A DNA stretch of 63,560 nucleotides, counting the filler. It is 4 parts of 4 records of this genome, joined end to end, with 100 filler letters (N's around TTAATTAATTAA, not from the genome) between each part and the next. Parts side by side here need not be neighbours in the genome. Positions count along the whole stretch, not along the records: positions 27,240 to 56,924 come from SRR31156797_4496; positions 57,025 to 63,560 come from SRR31156797_4498; 2 more parts are not named here. One strand, 5' to 3'. Position 1 is the stretch's first letter. Each line of letters starts with the position of its first letter. Shown here in pieces: positions 51,430 through 61,486 of the stretch. The translations under genes were made by a program, and so were the position numbers. The notes under the pieces were generated by a model. It did no database searches and was not told where the DNA came from. It was given only the letters and a program-made list of their open reading frames with translations.

Positions 51430-53154
51430 ATGATAAATATTGAAAAAGAGATAATTAAAAAATTTCCAAACCTGAGTAATAGAGCTCCTATGCTTCAAAA
51501 GTCTTTATTTAAAATCGCGCAAAAACTTGTCCATGAGGATCAAGTGAATGCTTTTTTAAAAGAAAATGGTCATCTTAAAGGGTTTGACTTTTTAGAAGCG
51601 GTGCTGGATTATTTTAAATTTGATTTTTCATATTCAAGTAGGGATATAGAGAATATTCCATCTCATGGAAGAGTTGTGATCATATCAAACCATCCTTTAG
51701 GTGCTCTTGATGCACTTTGTCTTTTAAAACTAGTAGGAAGTGTAAGAAAAGATGTAAAGATCGTAGCTAATGATTTTTTAGCAGGAATTGATGCTTTAGA
51801 TTCACTTTTTATCAAAGTAGATAACTTTCAAGCCAAACAAGCAAAAGAGAATATTAAAAATATCTATGCTGCACTTGATAGAGAAGAAGCTGTTATTATC
51901 TTTCCAGCAGGAGAAGTGAGTCGTGTCTCTCCAACTGGAGTCAAAGATGGAAAATGGCAAAAAGGGTTTTTAAAGTTTGCACAAAAATCAAAAAGTCCAA
52001 TTTTACCAATTTTAGTAGATGCAAAAAACTCAAAAACATTTTATACAGTATCTGTTTTAAATAAAACTTTTTCAACAATCCTTTTATCTGATGAGATGTT
52101 TAAAAAGAAAGATAAAAATATTGCTATCAAAATAGGAAAACTTATTCCACATGAGAATATTACAAAAACCACTTCAACAAAAATAGATATAGTAAATCAA
52201 TATAAAAAACATCTCTATGGACTAAAAAAAGGGAAAAAACTTTATTTTGATACGATCGATACCATTGCTCATTCTGAAAATAGACAGTTTTTAAAAAAAG
52301 AGCTAAAAGAATCTCAACTTATAGGGGAAACCAACGATAGTAAAAAGATCTATCTTTTTGATTATGCATCCGATTCAGCTGTAATAAAAGAGATTGGACG
52401 TTTAAGAGAGCTTAGCTTTAGAAAAGTAAATGAAGGGGTCAATAAAAAAAGAGATATTGACCAATACGATCAATACTATAAACATATTGTTTTATGGGAT
52501 GAAGAGGAACTAGAGATCGTAGGAGCTTATAGAATTGGAAATGGGAAATATATTAAAGAGCATTATGGGAAAGAGGGATTTTACTCAAATACTTTATTTA
52601 AATTTCAAGATGAGTTCTTACCATATCTAGATGATGCTATAGAGCTTGGCCGAAGTTTTGTACAACCAAAATATTGGGGTACTAGAGCACTTGATTACCT
52701 ATGGTTTGGGATTGGAGCATATTTAAAACATAATCCACAGATCAAATATATGTTTGGACCGGTTAGTCTAAGTGGAAACTTTCCTCAATATGCAAAAGAG
52801 CTTATAGTAGACTTTTATCAAAGCTATTTTAGAGCTGAGATAAAATTTGTAGAGCCTATCTATCCATTTGAGTATGAGACTTCAGAGATCGCTTTAAATA
52901 ATCCATTTCAATTTAATAACTATAAAGAGGATCTGAAACTTTTAAAAAATCAGCTTAAAAGTATGGATCTAGCAATTCCAACTTTATATAAACAATATGG
53001 TGAATTATGCGAAGAGGGAGGATTGGAATTTCATGGATTTAATGTGGACCCAGATTTTTCAAACTGTATCGATGGATTTATCATCGTATCAATTGAAAAG
53101 ATCAAACAATCTAAAGTGGATAGATATATAGGAAAAGAGGAAATTGGTAACTGA
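51430..53154 (+). CDS. Bifunctional acyltransferase (PlsC-like + GNAT), OlsF-like ornithine/amino-lipid synthase
   Basis: NHPLGALD (HX4D), FPAGEVS in the N-domain; EIGRLRE.SFR...EG, IVGAYR, IELGRSFVQPKYW, LW.GIG in the C-domain. Confidence 0.8.
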   Translation: MINIEKEIIKKFPNLSNRAPMLQKSLFKIAQKLVHEDQVNAFLKENGHLKGFDFLEAVLDYFKFDFSYSSRDIENIPSHGRVVIISNHPLGALDALCLLKLVGSVRKDVKIVANDFLAGIDALDSLFIKVDNFQAKQAKENIKNIYAALDREEAVIIFPAGEVSRVSPTGVKDGKWQKGFLKFAQKSKSPILPILVDAKNSKTFYTVSVLNKTFSTILLSDEMFKKKDKNIAIKIGKLIPHENITKTTSTKIDIVNQYKKHLYGLKKGKKLYFDTIDTIAHSENRQFLKKELKESQLIGETNDSKKIYLFDYASDSAVIKEIGRLRELSFRKVNEGVNKKRDIDQYDQYYKHIVLWDEEELEIVGAYRIGNGKYIKEHYGKEGFYSNTLFKFQDEFLPYLDDAIELGRSFVQPKYWGTRALDYLWFGIGAYLKHNPQIKYMFGPVSLSGNFPQYAKELIVDFYQSYFRAEIKFVEPIYPFEYETSEIALNNPFQFNNYKEDLKLLKNQLKSMDLAIPTLYKQYGELCEEGGLEFHGFNVDPDFSNCIDGFIIVSIEKIKQSKVDRYIGKEEIGN

Positions 53155-53199
53155 TTTGTAACTCACAGTAACCAAATTGAAATAATTTTTTTTTATAAT
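53147..53199 (+). promoter_or_regulatory. Tandem direct-repeat boxes + -10 upstream of small ORFs/phoH
   Basis: GTAACT-gattt-GTAACT-caca-GTAACC-aaatt-GAAATA-N9-TATAAT. Confidence 0.75.
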
Positions 53200-53230
53200 T
53201 GTTTTGCAATAACCAAAAAGGAATTCTTAC

Positions 53231-53479
53231 ATGAAAAAAAACATTGCTAAAATCAAATCTCAGTTCAGTTCAGAAATCTCACAAGCAAAAGCAAACAACT
53301 ACGAAGCGATCATGCTTCCACTTGAGTGTGAATATGACCCATACTGTCTAAACAATATAGAAGATATCGATCATGTATTAGATATGGCAAATGATTTTGG
53401 TTGGGATCAATTTCTTTTAATAGATTTATTAAAAAGAAGTGAAACTTTTATTGATCTATTTGAATTTGAAGCAGCATAA
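53231..53479 (+). CDS. Small acidic hypothetical protein
   Basis: AAGGA RBS; stop overlaps next start (TAATG). Confidence 0.65.
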   Translation: MKKNIAKIKSQFSSEISQAKANNYEAIMLPLECEYDPYCLNNIEDIDHVLDMANDFGWDQFLLIDLLKRSETFIDLFEFEAA

Positions 53480-53676
53480 TGTTTGATAAACTAAAACAAA
53501 AACTTCAAAAACTTTTTGAAGATGATGAAGCAGAAAAAGAGGAATATAAATCTCTTTTAAAGAAGTTTGAGAAAAAACTCAAAAAGCTTCAAGACAAAGA
53601 TGATGAGGAATCAAAAGAGGAGATCCTCATCATCGAAAAAACGATCAAAAAAATTAAAAAACATCTCCGTTCATAA
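53479..53676 (+). CDS. Small charged coiled-coil hypothetical protein
   Basis: Translationally coupled; K/E-rich helix. Confidence 0.55.
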   Translation: MFDKLKQKLQKLFEDDEAEKEEYKSLLKKFEKKLKKLQDKDDEESKEEILIIEKTIKKIKKHLRS

Positions 53677-53740
53677 AACAATAATCAACATAAGGTTACA
53701 ATTGTAGATTATTGATATCCACACTTAAGGTAATACTCTC

Positions 53741-55114
53741 ATGGGAAAAAAAATCTATGTTATAGATACAAACGTTATTTTACAAAATCTCCAAAATATA
53801 TTTAATGTTTCAGATAATGGAACCAATATTGTTGTTATTCCAGAAACAGTTCTTGTTGAGCTTGAGGATAAAAAAAAGCTCTTTAATGAACTAGGCTACC
53901 AATCCCGTCAATTTGCCAGATATTTAGCAAAGACAAAAATCAAAGAGGTGGTTCATAAAAAAAACTTCAAAGTAGTAAAACTTTATGATGAACAGATTGA
54001 GATTCATATCATCTCAAAAGATAAATACGAAAGTGAGATGTTAGCTCATAATATTGCTGAGAGTAATGATAAGAGAATTATTGAAGTTGCCGAAGTTGCA
54101 AGGGATTATTATAAAGGGGAGAAGATCATATTTCTCTCTATTGATATCTATGCAAGAACTTTTGCACTTTTAGCAAATATCAAAACTGAGACACTCCATG
54201 AAGATAAAGCCGATATCCCTACTTTTGAATTTATTAAAAAAATAGAACTTGATTCAAGCTACTTTAACTCTTTACATCTTTCAGATATTCGACAATTTGA
54301 TGAAGAATATACAGTTCAAAACTTTTGTTATGAGTTTTTATCCCCTGATGGGAATAGCACTTATGCAGTGATAATTAATGAAAGAGTCCACTTAATAGAA
54401 GATAGTGAATTTCATCCTTTAGTGATCCGTCCAGCGAATCTTAAACAAAAGTTCTTTTTAAAAGCAATTCTTACTAATATGTACAATCTACTTGTGATCG
54501 ATGCAAAAGCAGGGTCAGGAAAGACCTTAATGTCAGTAGCTAGTGCTATGAGACTCATTGATGTTGGTGCTTATGAGAAGATCGTCTATGTAAGAAACTC
54601 AATTGAATCACTTGATAAAGGTGCAGATGTGGGATACCTTGCAGGGAATGATGAGAAATTTCGAATCTATAATATGGCACTGTATGACACTTTAGAGTTC
54701 ATTGGGAAAAAGAAGCTTAAAAAGAATGAAAGCAGAGATAATCCAGAATCAATCCATTCAAAAATAGATGAACTTATCTCAAAATATAATATTGAGATGT
54801 TATGGCCAGGGGAAGCAAGAGGACGGACTTTAAGTGATGCTATTGTGATTATGGATGAGTGGCAAAATAGTTCAGAAAACACTACACAACTTATCCTCTC
54901 ACGACTTGATGAAAGCTGTATGGCTATAGTGATAGGATCAAATAGACAGATAGATAATCTATACTTAAATAAATATAATAATGGTCTTACTACACTTATG
55001 AAACAAACAAATTATGAACATCCAGAATTAAAGATGTTTGCAATAGAACTTGATAAAGCAGTTAGAGGAAAATTTGCTGAGTTTACTGAGCGAATCTTTG
55101 AAAGAAAAAAATAA
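53741..55114 (+). CDS. PIN-PhoH (PhoH2/YlaK-like) protein
   Basis: YVIDTNV PIN domain, SNDKRI; AGSGKT Walker A, GYLAG, RGRTL, IMDEWQN, GSNRQID. Confidence 0.88.
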   Translation: MGKKIYVIDTNVILQNLQNIFNVSDNGTNIVVIPETVLVELEDKKKLFNELGYQSRQFARYLAKTKIKEVVHKKNFKVVKLYDEQIEIHIISKDKYESEMLAHNIAESNDKRIIEVAEVARDYYKGEKIIFLSIDIYARTFALLANIKTETLHEDKADIPTFEFIKKIELDSSYFNSLHLSDIRQFDEEYTVQNFCYEFLSPDGNSTYAVIINERVHLIEDSEFHPLVIRPANLKQKFFLKAILTNMYNLLVIDAKAGSGKTLMSVASAMRLIDVGAYEKIVYVRNSIESLDKGADVGYLAGNDEKFRIYNMALYDTLEFIGKKKLKKNESRDNPESIHSKIDELISKYNIEMLWPGEARGRTLSDAIVIMDEWQNSSENTTQLILSRLDESCMAIVIGSNRQIDNLYLNKYNNGLTTLMKQTNYEHPELKMFAIELDKAVRGKFAEFTERIFERKK

Positions 55115-55149
55115 TTTTTCAAAATACTATTCTATCATTTTATAATAAT

Positions 55150-55181
55150 GTAACCAAAATGTAATCTTTTGATCATATTAT
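55150..55181 (+). promoter_or_regulatory. Direct-repeat box + -10 upstream of MCP
   Basis: GTAACC-aaaat-GTAATC-N9-TATTAT. Confidence 0.75.
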
Positions 55182-55211
55182 TCTCTTTACTTTTAAGTTT
55201 TTGGAGAAAAT

Positions 55212-56924
55212 ATGATTCAATTTAAATATGTAAAAACAAAACTCGCTTCTATATCTGCTTTAACAGTAGTAGGCTTTGGTGTCGTTATCACTCTTTTACT
55301 CTACTATTCAAATTCACAAAATAAATTTGTGGAAGTAAGAAACTATTCAAAACAACTTCAAATATCAATTGGTGAGCTTAATGAGTTTCCAAAATATACA
55401 ATAGTTAATAATAATTTCTTTAATCAATACGAAACTGTAATGAAAAACTTACAAACACTCCAAAACTCAATGGAAAATAGTTCTCTAGATATTACTACCT
55501 TAGAACCATTGAAAAAACAGCTTGAAATTGCAAAAAAATCTTATGATGTGGTTTTTGAGAAACAGATACAAATTGATAAGAATCTTCAAATCATGAACCA
55601 ATCTAAAAAAATGATTCAAGATATCTTTGAAAAAGTATATGATTATAAACTTATTCAATATATGATGAAACTTGAACTAAGTGAAATCAACTTTTTACAT
55701 ACGGGAGAGATTGATCTAAAAGAGTTTGGAAAAACCCATTTTAAAATGAGACGATCTGTTAGAGGTAGTGAAAACTTTACAACAGATAAGCAGATGCAAA
55801 AAAAGATCAATACTGCTTTAATAGAGTATAAAAACATGTTAGAAACTGTTGTAGAAAATCAAAAAGATATCAATACCCTTTATATTGATTTGAATAAAAA
55901 CTTTCAAACCACTTTACAAGCACTCAATACAACAAATAAAATGATCTTTGAAAACATTTCTAAAAGTAGTGACCAACTTCTTTATACAATAATTGGTATC
56001 TCAATTTTAATTGTTATTATACAGTTTATCATTGCAACACTTATTTCCAAAGGAATCATCACAAGTTTGCATCTTGTTCATCGTGGGCTTAATAGCTTTT
56101 TTGATGTTATCAATTATAAAAGTGAAACTGCTGACGATATTATCGTTCCAACCAAAGATGAATTTTATAATATCGCAAATGATATTAATACCAATATCCA
56201 TTCAAGTGTAACACTTCTCAATCATAATAAAGAGGTTTTAGAAGAGGTAAATGATATTTTACAAAAAGTATCAAATGGTTTTTATGGCTATAAAATAGGC
56301 CATCATAACAATGTCTCTCCTGATGTAAAAGAGCTGATTATAAATATCAACAAAATGTTAAATGAAACTAAGTATAAGTTTGAAATTCTCAATCGTGCGT
56401 TAGATGCTTATGGAAACTATAACTTTGAACACGTAATACCTAAAAAAGATGAGACGGGACTCTATGGAGATTTTGGATCTTTAGTTGCACGAACAAGACT
56501 TATTGGAAATAATGTCTCTGAGTTTTTAGCGATTATTGTTAATACTGGTGAAAAGCTCAATAATGATACTACAACCCTTAATAAAAGCTCAAATGATCTT
56601 TCGAATGCTTCAAATATGCAAGCAGCTTCATTAGAAGAGACTTCAGCTGCACTTGAAGAGGTCACAAAAAACATCCAAGAGAATACTAATCATACAAAAC
56701 AGATGGCAGGATATGCAAATGAGCTTACCTATTCATCTGAAAATGGGAAAAAGTTAGCTAATGAGACTTCTAGTGCAATGGATCTAATCACTACAAAAGT
56801 TACTGCAATTAGTGAAGCGATCTCAATCATTGACCAAATTGCTTTTCAAACAAATATTCTTTCACTCAATGCGGCAGTTGAAGCTGCAACTGCTGGAGAA
56901 GCTGGTAAAGGGTTTGCTGTAGTT
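55212..56924 (+). CDS. Methyl-accepting chemotaxis protein, truncated
   Basis: Two TMs flanking a helical periplasmic domain; QAASLEETSAALEE and IAFQTNILSLNAAVEAATAGEAGKGFAVV. Confidence 0.93.
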
Positions 56925-57024
56925 NNNNNNNNNNNNNNNNNNNNNNNNNNNNNNNNNNNNNNNNNNNNTTAATTAATTAANNNNNNNNNNNNNNNNNNNN
57001 NNNNNNNNNNNNNNNNNNNNNNNN
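56925..57024. other. Artificial contig spacer
   Basis: N-run with TTAATTAATTAA. Confidence 0.99.
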
Positions 57025-57251
57025 GCAACTTGACCTTTCATAACACCTTTCATAGGTCCACCATAAGTACCAGCTTTGTATCCAACAAGTGATGCAGCGA
57101 TGTCAGCTTCAGACATATCTTTAACGATTTTAGACTTTCCTAAAGCAGCTTTTTCCCAGCTAGCTCCGTGACAACCTTTACATGCTCCTAAACTTACTGC
57201 AGCAAATGCAGCAGCACTACAAAGTAATGTACCTAATACGATTTTTTTCAT
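57025..57251 (-). CDS. Class I monoheme cytochrome c553, truncated
   Basis: Signal peptide, CKGCHG, ALGKSK, GYKAGTYGGPMKGVM. Confidence 0.9.
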
Positions 57252-57337
57252 ACTAATTCTCCTAATTTTTTTAGTTTTAAATAATACAGAGTATTTACTT
57301 TAACTTATCTTAGAAAAAATAGGATAAAATAGCAACA

Positions 57338-57937
57338 ATGAAAAGAGATACAATACTAAACATCACAAATCTAACATTTGGATACACAAAAGAAAAACTT
57401 ATATATAAAGATTTTTCACTCTCTTTAAGCAAAGGAGAGCTAGCTTGTGTAGTTGGAGGAAGTGGAAGTGGAAAATCCACACTCTTTGAACTAATCACTT
57501 CAAACCTTATTCCATTAAATGGAAAAATTGAGGTACAAAAAATTGCTACAATATACCAAGATCCCTATAGTTCTTTTCATCCCACATATTCAATATTACA
57601 GCAAATTGATGATGTGGTGCAAAGTTATGAAAAAAGTGAATTAATAACATTATTAGATGCATTAAAGCTTGAAAAAGAACTTATAGAGAAAAAACCATAT
57701 GAATTGAGTGGTGGACAACTGCAAAGATGTAGTATTTTAAGGGCAGTTTTAATGAAGCCAGATATTATTCTAGCAGATGAGCCTACAAGTGCACTTGATA
57801 ATATTATAGCACTTGAAACAATGAAGATGTTACTCTCTTTTTTAGATAAAGTGGGAATACTATTGATTACCCACGATAGAGGATTAGCACGCTGGTGTGC
57901 TGATACCATAATAGATATAGAAAATTTAAAAGGTTAA
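57338..57937 (+). CDS. Stand-alone ABC ATP-binding protein (Opp/Dpp-like)
   Basis: GGSGSGKS, YQDPYSSF, LSGGQLQR, ADEPTSALD, ITHD. Confidence 0.88.
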   Translation: MKRDTILNITNLTFGYTKEKLIYKDFSLSLSKGELACVVGGSGSGKSTLFELITSNLIPLNGKIEVQKIATIYQDPYSSFHPTYSILQQIDDVVQSYEKSELITLLDALKLEKELIEKKPYELSGGQLQRCSILRAVLMKPDIILADEPTSALDNIIALETMKMLLSFLDKVGILLITHDRGLARWCADTIIDIENLKG

Positions 57938-57942
57938 AAAAT

Positions 57943-58860
57943 ATGAAAAAAGCATTAGTGTTACTCAATATGGGAGCAGCAAGAAGCAAAGATGAACTAG
58001 AAGTATTTTTACGAAATATGTTTAATGATGAAAATATATTAACCATCAATAATACAACTATTCGTTCAATGATCGCTTCATTTATTGTAATGACAAGGTT
58101 AAATAAAGCATGGAAAAACTATGAAGAGATAGGAGGAAGCTCCCCTTTACATAAGCTCACAGATCAACTTATTGAAAAACTTCAAAATGAATTACCAGAG
58201 TTTTATGTGACAGCTGCTATGAGATATACTTCCCCTTTTGCACAAACAGCATGTGCAAGAATAAAAGAGCAAGGGATAAAAGATGTGGTACTTTTCCCTA
58301 TGTATCCACATTACTCAACTACTACAACAAAATCAAGTGTTGAAGACTTTATGGAAAAAGCTGCAGGGGAATTTAATATAGAGGTGATAGAACCATATTA
58401 TAATAATTATCATTTAAATAAAGCGATTTGTGATGATATAATTAAAACTTTGAATAAGTATAATGACTTTCATCTTATCTTCTCAGCTCACGGACTTCCT
58501 CAAAAAGTTGTAGATAAGGGTGATCCTTATCAAAAACAGATTGAAGAGCATGTGGAGTTATTAAAAGAGAAGCTTATCCATTATGCAGTCAATATTAAAT
58601 CGATCAATCTTGCATATCAATCAAAAGTAGGACCAATGAAATGGTTAACTCCAAGTTTAGATGATATGTTAAAACATTTCCGTGGTCAAAAGGTTATTAT
58701 CTATCCAATAGCTTTTACAATAGATAATAGTGAGACAGTATTTGAGTTGGATATAGAGTATCGGGAGTTAGCTGAAAAAATTGGAATTAAAGAGTATCGA
58801 GTGGCACCATGTTTAAATAGTAATGATACTTTTATTGAGGCGATTAAAGAGCTTATTTAA
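57943..58860 (+). CDS. hemH: Ferrochelatase
   Basis: LLNMG, IGGSSPL, AMRY, PMYPHYS, FSAHGLP, YQSKVGPMKWL.P, DNSETVFELD. Confidence 0.95.
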   Translation: MKKALVLLNMGAARSKDELEVFLRNMFNDENILTINNTTIRSMIASFIVMTRLNKAWKNYEEIGGSSPLHKLTDQLIEKLQNELPEFYVTAAMRYTSPFAQTACARIKEQGIKDVVLFPMYPHYSTTTTKSSVEDFMEKAAGEFNIEVIEPYYNNYHLNKAICDDIIKTLNKYNDFHLIFSAHGLPQKVVDKGDPYQKQIEEHVELLKEKLIHYAVNIKSINLAYQSKVGPMKWLTPSLDDMLKHFRGQKVIIYPIAFTIDNSETVFELDIEYRELAEKIGIKEYRVAPCLNSNDTFIEAIKELI

Positions 58861-58876
58861 GCTCTTTAAGATTAAT

Positions 58877-59494
58877 TTATAAGCTCATTGGCTCATATAT
58901 CGTATTTGAGTTAAGTCTACTTTGTCTTGGTTTTTTTTCAAAATGGATGATCTCATCGGTTAAAGTTGTTTTTTGAGTTGCTGCTTTATGAATAATACCT
59001 GTTCTTAGATCTACTAATTTTAGATATAAAATAAGTTGTCGTTGCGTCATTGCATAGGTTCCAACTAAAGCATAAGTGTTTCTATTTATTTTTGTACGAT
59101 TAAGTTCATCAATATCTCTACTTAAGAGTTTTGTACCATTAGCTCCGATTTTTAGATATTTGGCATATTCTATTGAATATACTGCACGATCGCATTTTTG
59201 TGTTACTAATGTTTTTAATTCATCAGAGAGCATAAATCCAAGCTCAGAATGGTTCTCAAGATCTTGAAGGTTTACAAAATCTACTACATAAAATGGTTTT
59301 TCATGTTCCGTTGATAGTTCTTTTATAGTTGGACAAAGTTGTAAAAGAAGCTCTTCAACCACTTCATCAAAAGCAGTAACAGAAGTAGAATGAAGATATT
59401 TGAATTTAAAAGAGTCTTCATATTCATTAACAACACTGCATCCACTAAAGGTGAGTGAAGTAATAAAGATTAATATAATGTAGAGTTGTCGCAT
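58877..59494 (-). CDS. FlgO-family lipoprotein
   Basis: Lipobox FSGC; VVDFVNLQDL...SELG..LSDEL, LSRDIDEL, LVGTY. Confidence 0.7.
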   Translation of the reverse strand: MRQLYIILIFITSLTFSGCSVVNEYEDSFKFKYLHSTSVTAFDEVVEELLLQLCPTIKELSTEHEKPFYVVDFVNLQDLENHSELGFMLSDELKTLVTQKCDRAVYSIEYAKYLKIGANGTKLLSRDIDELNRTKINRNTYALVGTYAMTQRQLILYLKLVDLRTGIIHKAATQKTTLTDEIIHFEKKPRQSRLNSNTIYEPMSL

Positions 59495-60186
59495 ATTCCA
59501 TCTTTACATTTTTGAGTAGGACAAGAAACAGCAGAACAGTTATCCGTAACTACATCAATACCATAATCATCAGGTTTTTTAGTTTTATAACAAAGATCAA
59601 AAAGTGTACAATCTATAGGTTTATAAATAACTCTTGCGGTTGAGATAATAGAACCAGTTTCAGAATCAAGTATTCTTGAATTTATTAAAACAGTATGGTT
59701 TTCGAATTTTACATAAGTCCCTACAACAATATATTCTGTAGCACTAATATGATCTTTAAGCTTTTCCACATCTCTTGTGATATGAAACTCTCCATCAGCA
59801 TTTACTGAAACAGCATTTTGTCCTCTAAAGTCTGTTACATGAAAGTTTCTTATGTGTAACTCATTGAACATACTTTCACTTAAAAGTCTTCCAAAAGTTG
59901 TTGTTTTATTAAGTTGGTTAAGATCAACAAAGGAAGTAAGGATCAAACTAGGTTTTCGTTCTTTAAAAGTATTGGACATAAAAAGTTGATCAGCCATAGC
60001 AACAATTGCACCATTTAGGTTTTGATATACTGATTCTGTATTTGCATACGGTTTTGTATAATCTGCAGATCGTACTTTTTCTATTACCTCTTCTTTGTGT
60101 GTTTTTGGTTTTTCTTGAAACATGTTAGAAGTACTACAACCAGTGAAGAGAAGTATTAGTGGTAAAAAAGGTAATATAAATCTCAT
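59470..60186 (-). CDS. FlgO-family lipoprotein with Cys-rich tail
   Basis: Lipobox FTGC; TSFVDLNQLNKTTTFGRLLSE, GEFHITRD, VGTY, SRILD. Confidence 0.75.
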   Translation of the reverse strand: MRFILPFLPLILLFTGCSTSNMFQEKPKTHKEEVIEKVRSADYTKPYANTESVYQNLNGAIVAMADQLFMSNTFKERKPSLILTSFVDLNQLNKTTTFGRLLSESMFNELHIRNFHVTDFRGQNAVSVNADGEFHITRDVEKLKDHISATEYIVVGTYVKFENHTVLINSRILDSETGSIISTARVIYKPIDCTLFDLCYKTKKPDDYGIDVVTDNCSAVSCPTQKCKDGICDNSTLY

Positions 60187-60253
60187 ATAAGCCTCTCAAA
60201 TTAAATTGAGAAGATTATATAATGTTTTAAATTAATAAAAGTTGAAGAGTTTT

Positions 60254-61465
60254 TTATTTCTTTGTAGGAGTGTAGTGAACCGTGATAACCATACTTTTAT
60301 TTCCAATAGTTGCAATTCTTGATTTTACAGGTATCATAGATGGAGCAACATTTTTCCCTAATTGTGCAGTATCGTTATTTCTAATATCTTGGATTTGGAT
60401 CATCCCTTTAGCAAATTTGATCTTATCTTTTGTAAGTTTTACTAATTCCTCTACAGAAATGCACGCCAATTCATTTCTCATAATATAGATAGGAGAGAAT
60501 ACCATCACAAATTTATTTTCATTCATATCTCGAATGATAAGTTTGTATTTTCTAGATTGTTTCTCTTTATAACTAAATGGAAATGAGAAATAGATATATT
60601 GATCTTTCCCTGCATTGTCATAACTCAATGAAGTTTGATCACTTTGTAATAATTGAAGAATCTTCTTTTTGTTATCTTTTCCTAATAGAAGATCAGGATT
60701 ACTATCACTTGTAAAATGGATAATATCTCCAGTTCTTTGATAATTGTGAGTATTTTTAAAAGCCATCATTGGTAACGTAGCAGTTTCTTGTTTAGAAGTA
60801 TTAAATGATATAAAACCGCTTAAACTTTCCTCATCTACTCCATTTTTTCTAAGTCTTGGATTAGAAGTATCTCCATCTAAGAGTCTCTCCCATCTTTCAA
60901 GTAAAACTTTTTTGCCAACCTTTTGTTTACTTCCTTCGTCAAATTGAGCGATTGGATATACTTCAATATACCCATGAGTAAAATCAAGATTAGTTTTTTG
61001 TACCTCTTCTAATTCAAACGCTTTTCCATTAAGTTCTACATATCCTTTATTATAGTCATTTTCTCTATAACTAGTTGAAGAGCTATGTCCTAACAGATCA
61101 ATTCCATTCATCATCATTTTTACAGCTGATGGATGGTTTGAATCGTCATCACTTGTAAGGATAACTCTTCCATTGATAAAACAGATGTTTCCATCCCATA
61201 CATCACCTGGAGAGAGAAGTAATGGAAAGTCTACTTCATGAGAAGCGATAGATTCTCGAATCGCAACTTTTGCTAAGATTGAGCTATATTCATTGGTATT
61301 AATCACCTGAATTTTACTACAAATATCATCTTTAGCAACATATAAAGGAGATATTAAAAAATCACCTTTATGATTTGTTGAGTGTTCCACATAACTTTTT
61401 GAAGCTATACTTGCCGTTGCTAGTAGTGACAATATAGCAAAGTTTTTAATAAGTACCTTTAACAT
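60254..61465 (-). CDS. Exported hypothetical protein (possible surface protein)
   Basis: Signal peptide; LISPLY...IQVINT...AKVAIRE...DFPLLLSPGDVW...GYIEV, reminiscent of uncharacterised cell-surface proteins. Confidence 0.5.
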   Translation of the reverse strand: MLKVLIKNFAILSLLATASIASKSYVEHSTNHKGDFLISPLYVAKDDICSKIQVINTNEYSSILAKVAIRESIASHEVDFPLLLSPGDVWDGNICFINGRVILTSDDDSNHPSAVKMMMNGIDLLGHSSSTSYRENDYNKGYVELNGKAFELEEVQKTNLDFTHGYIEVYPIAQFDEGSKQKVGKKVLLERWERLLDGDTSNPRLRKNGVDEESLSGFISFNTSKQETATLPMMAFKNTHNYQRTGDIIHFTSDSNPDLLLGKDNKKKILQLLQSDQTSLSYDNAGKDQYIYFSFPFSYKEKQSRKYKLIIRDMNENKFVMVFSPIYIMRNELACISVEELVKLTKDKIKFAKGMIQIQDIRNNDTAQLGKNVAPSMIPVKSRIATIGNKSMVITVHYTPTKK

Positions 61466-61486
61466 TTTATTCTCCTCTTTTACTTA

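Noticed and set aside
53694-53712. GGTTAC/GATTAT half-sites upstream of phoH
   Set aside because: Wrong orientation, 13-bp spacing and no matching -10 geometry; not counted as a box.
55212-57251. MCP next to cytochrome c553 as a redox-taxis module
   Set aside because: The two genes are on different contigs separated by a spacer.
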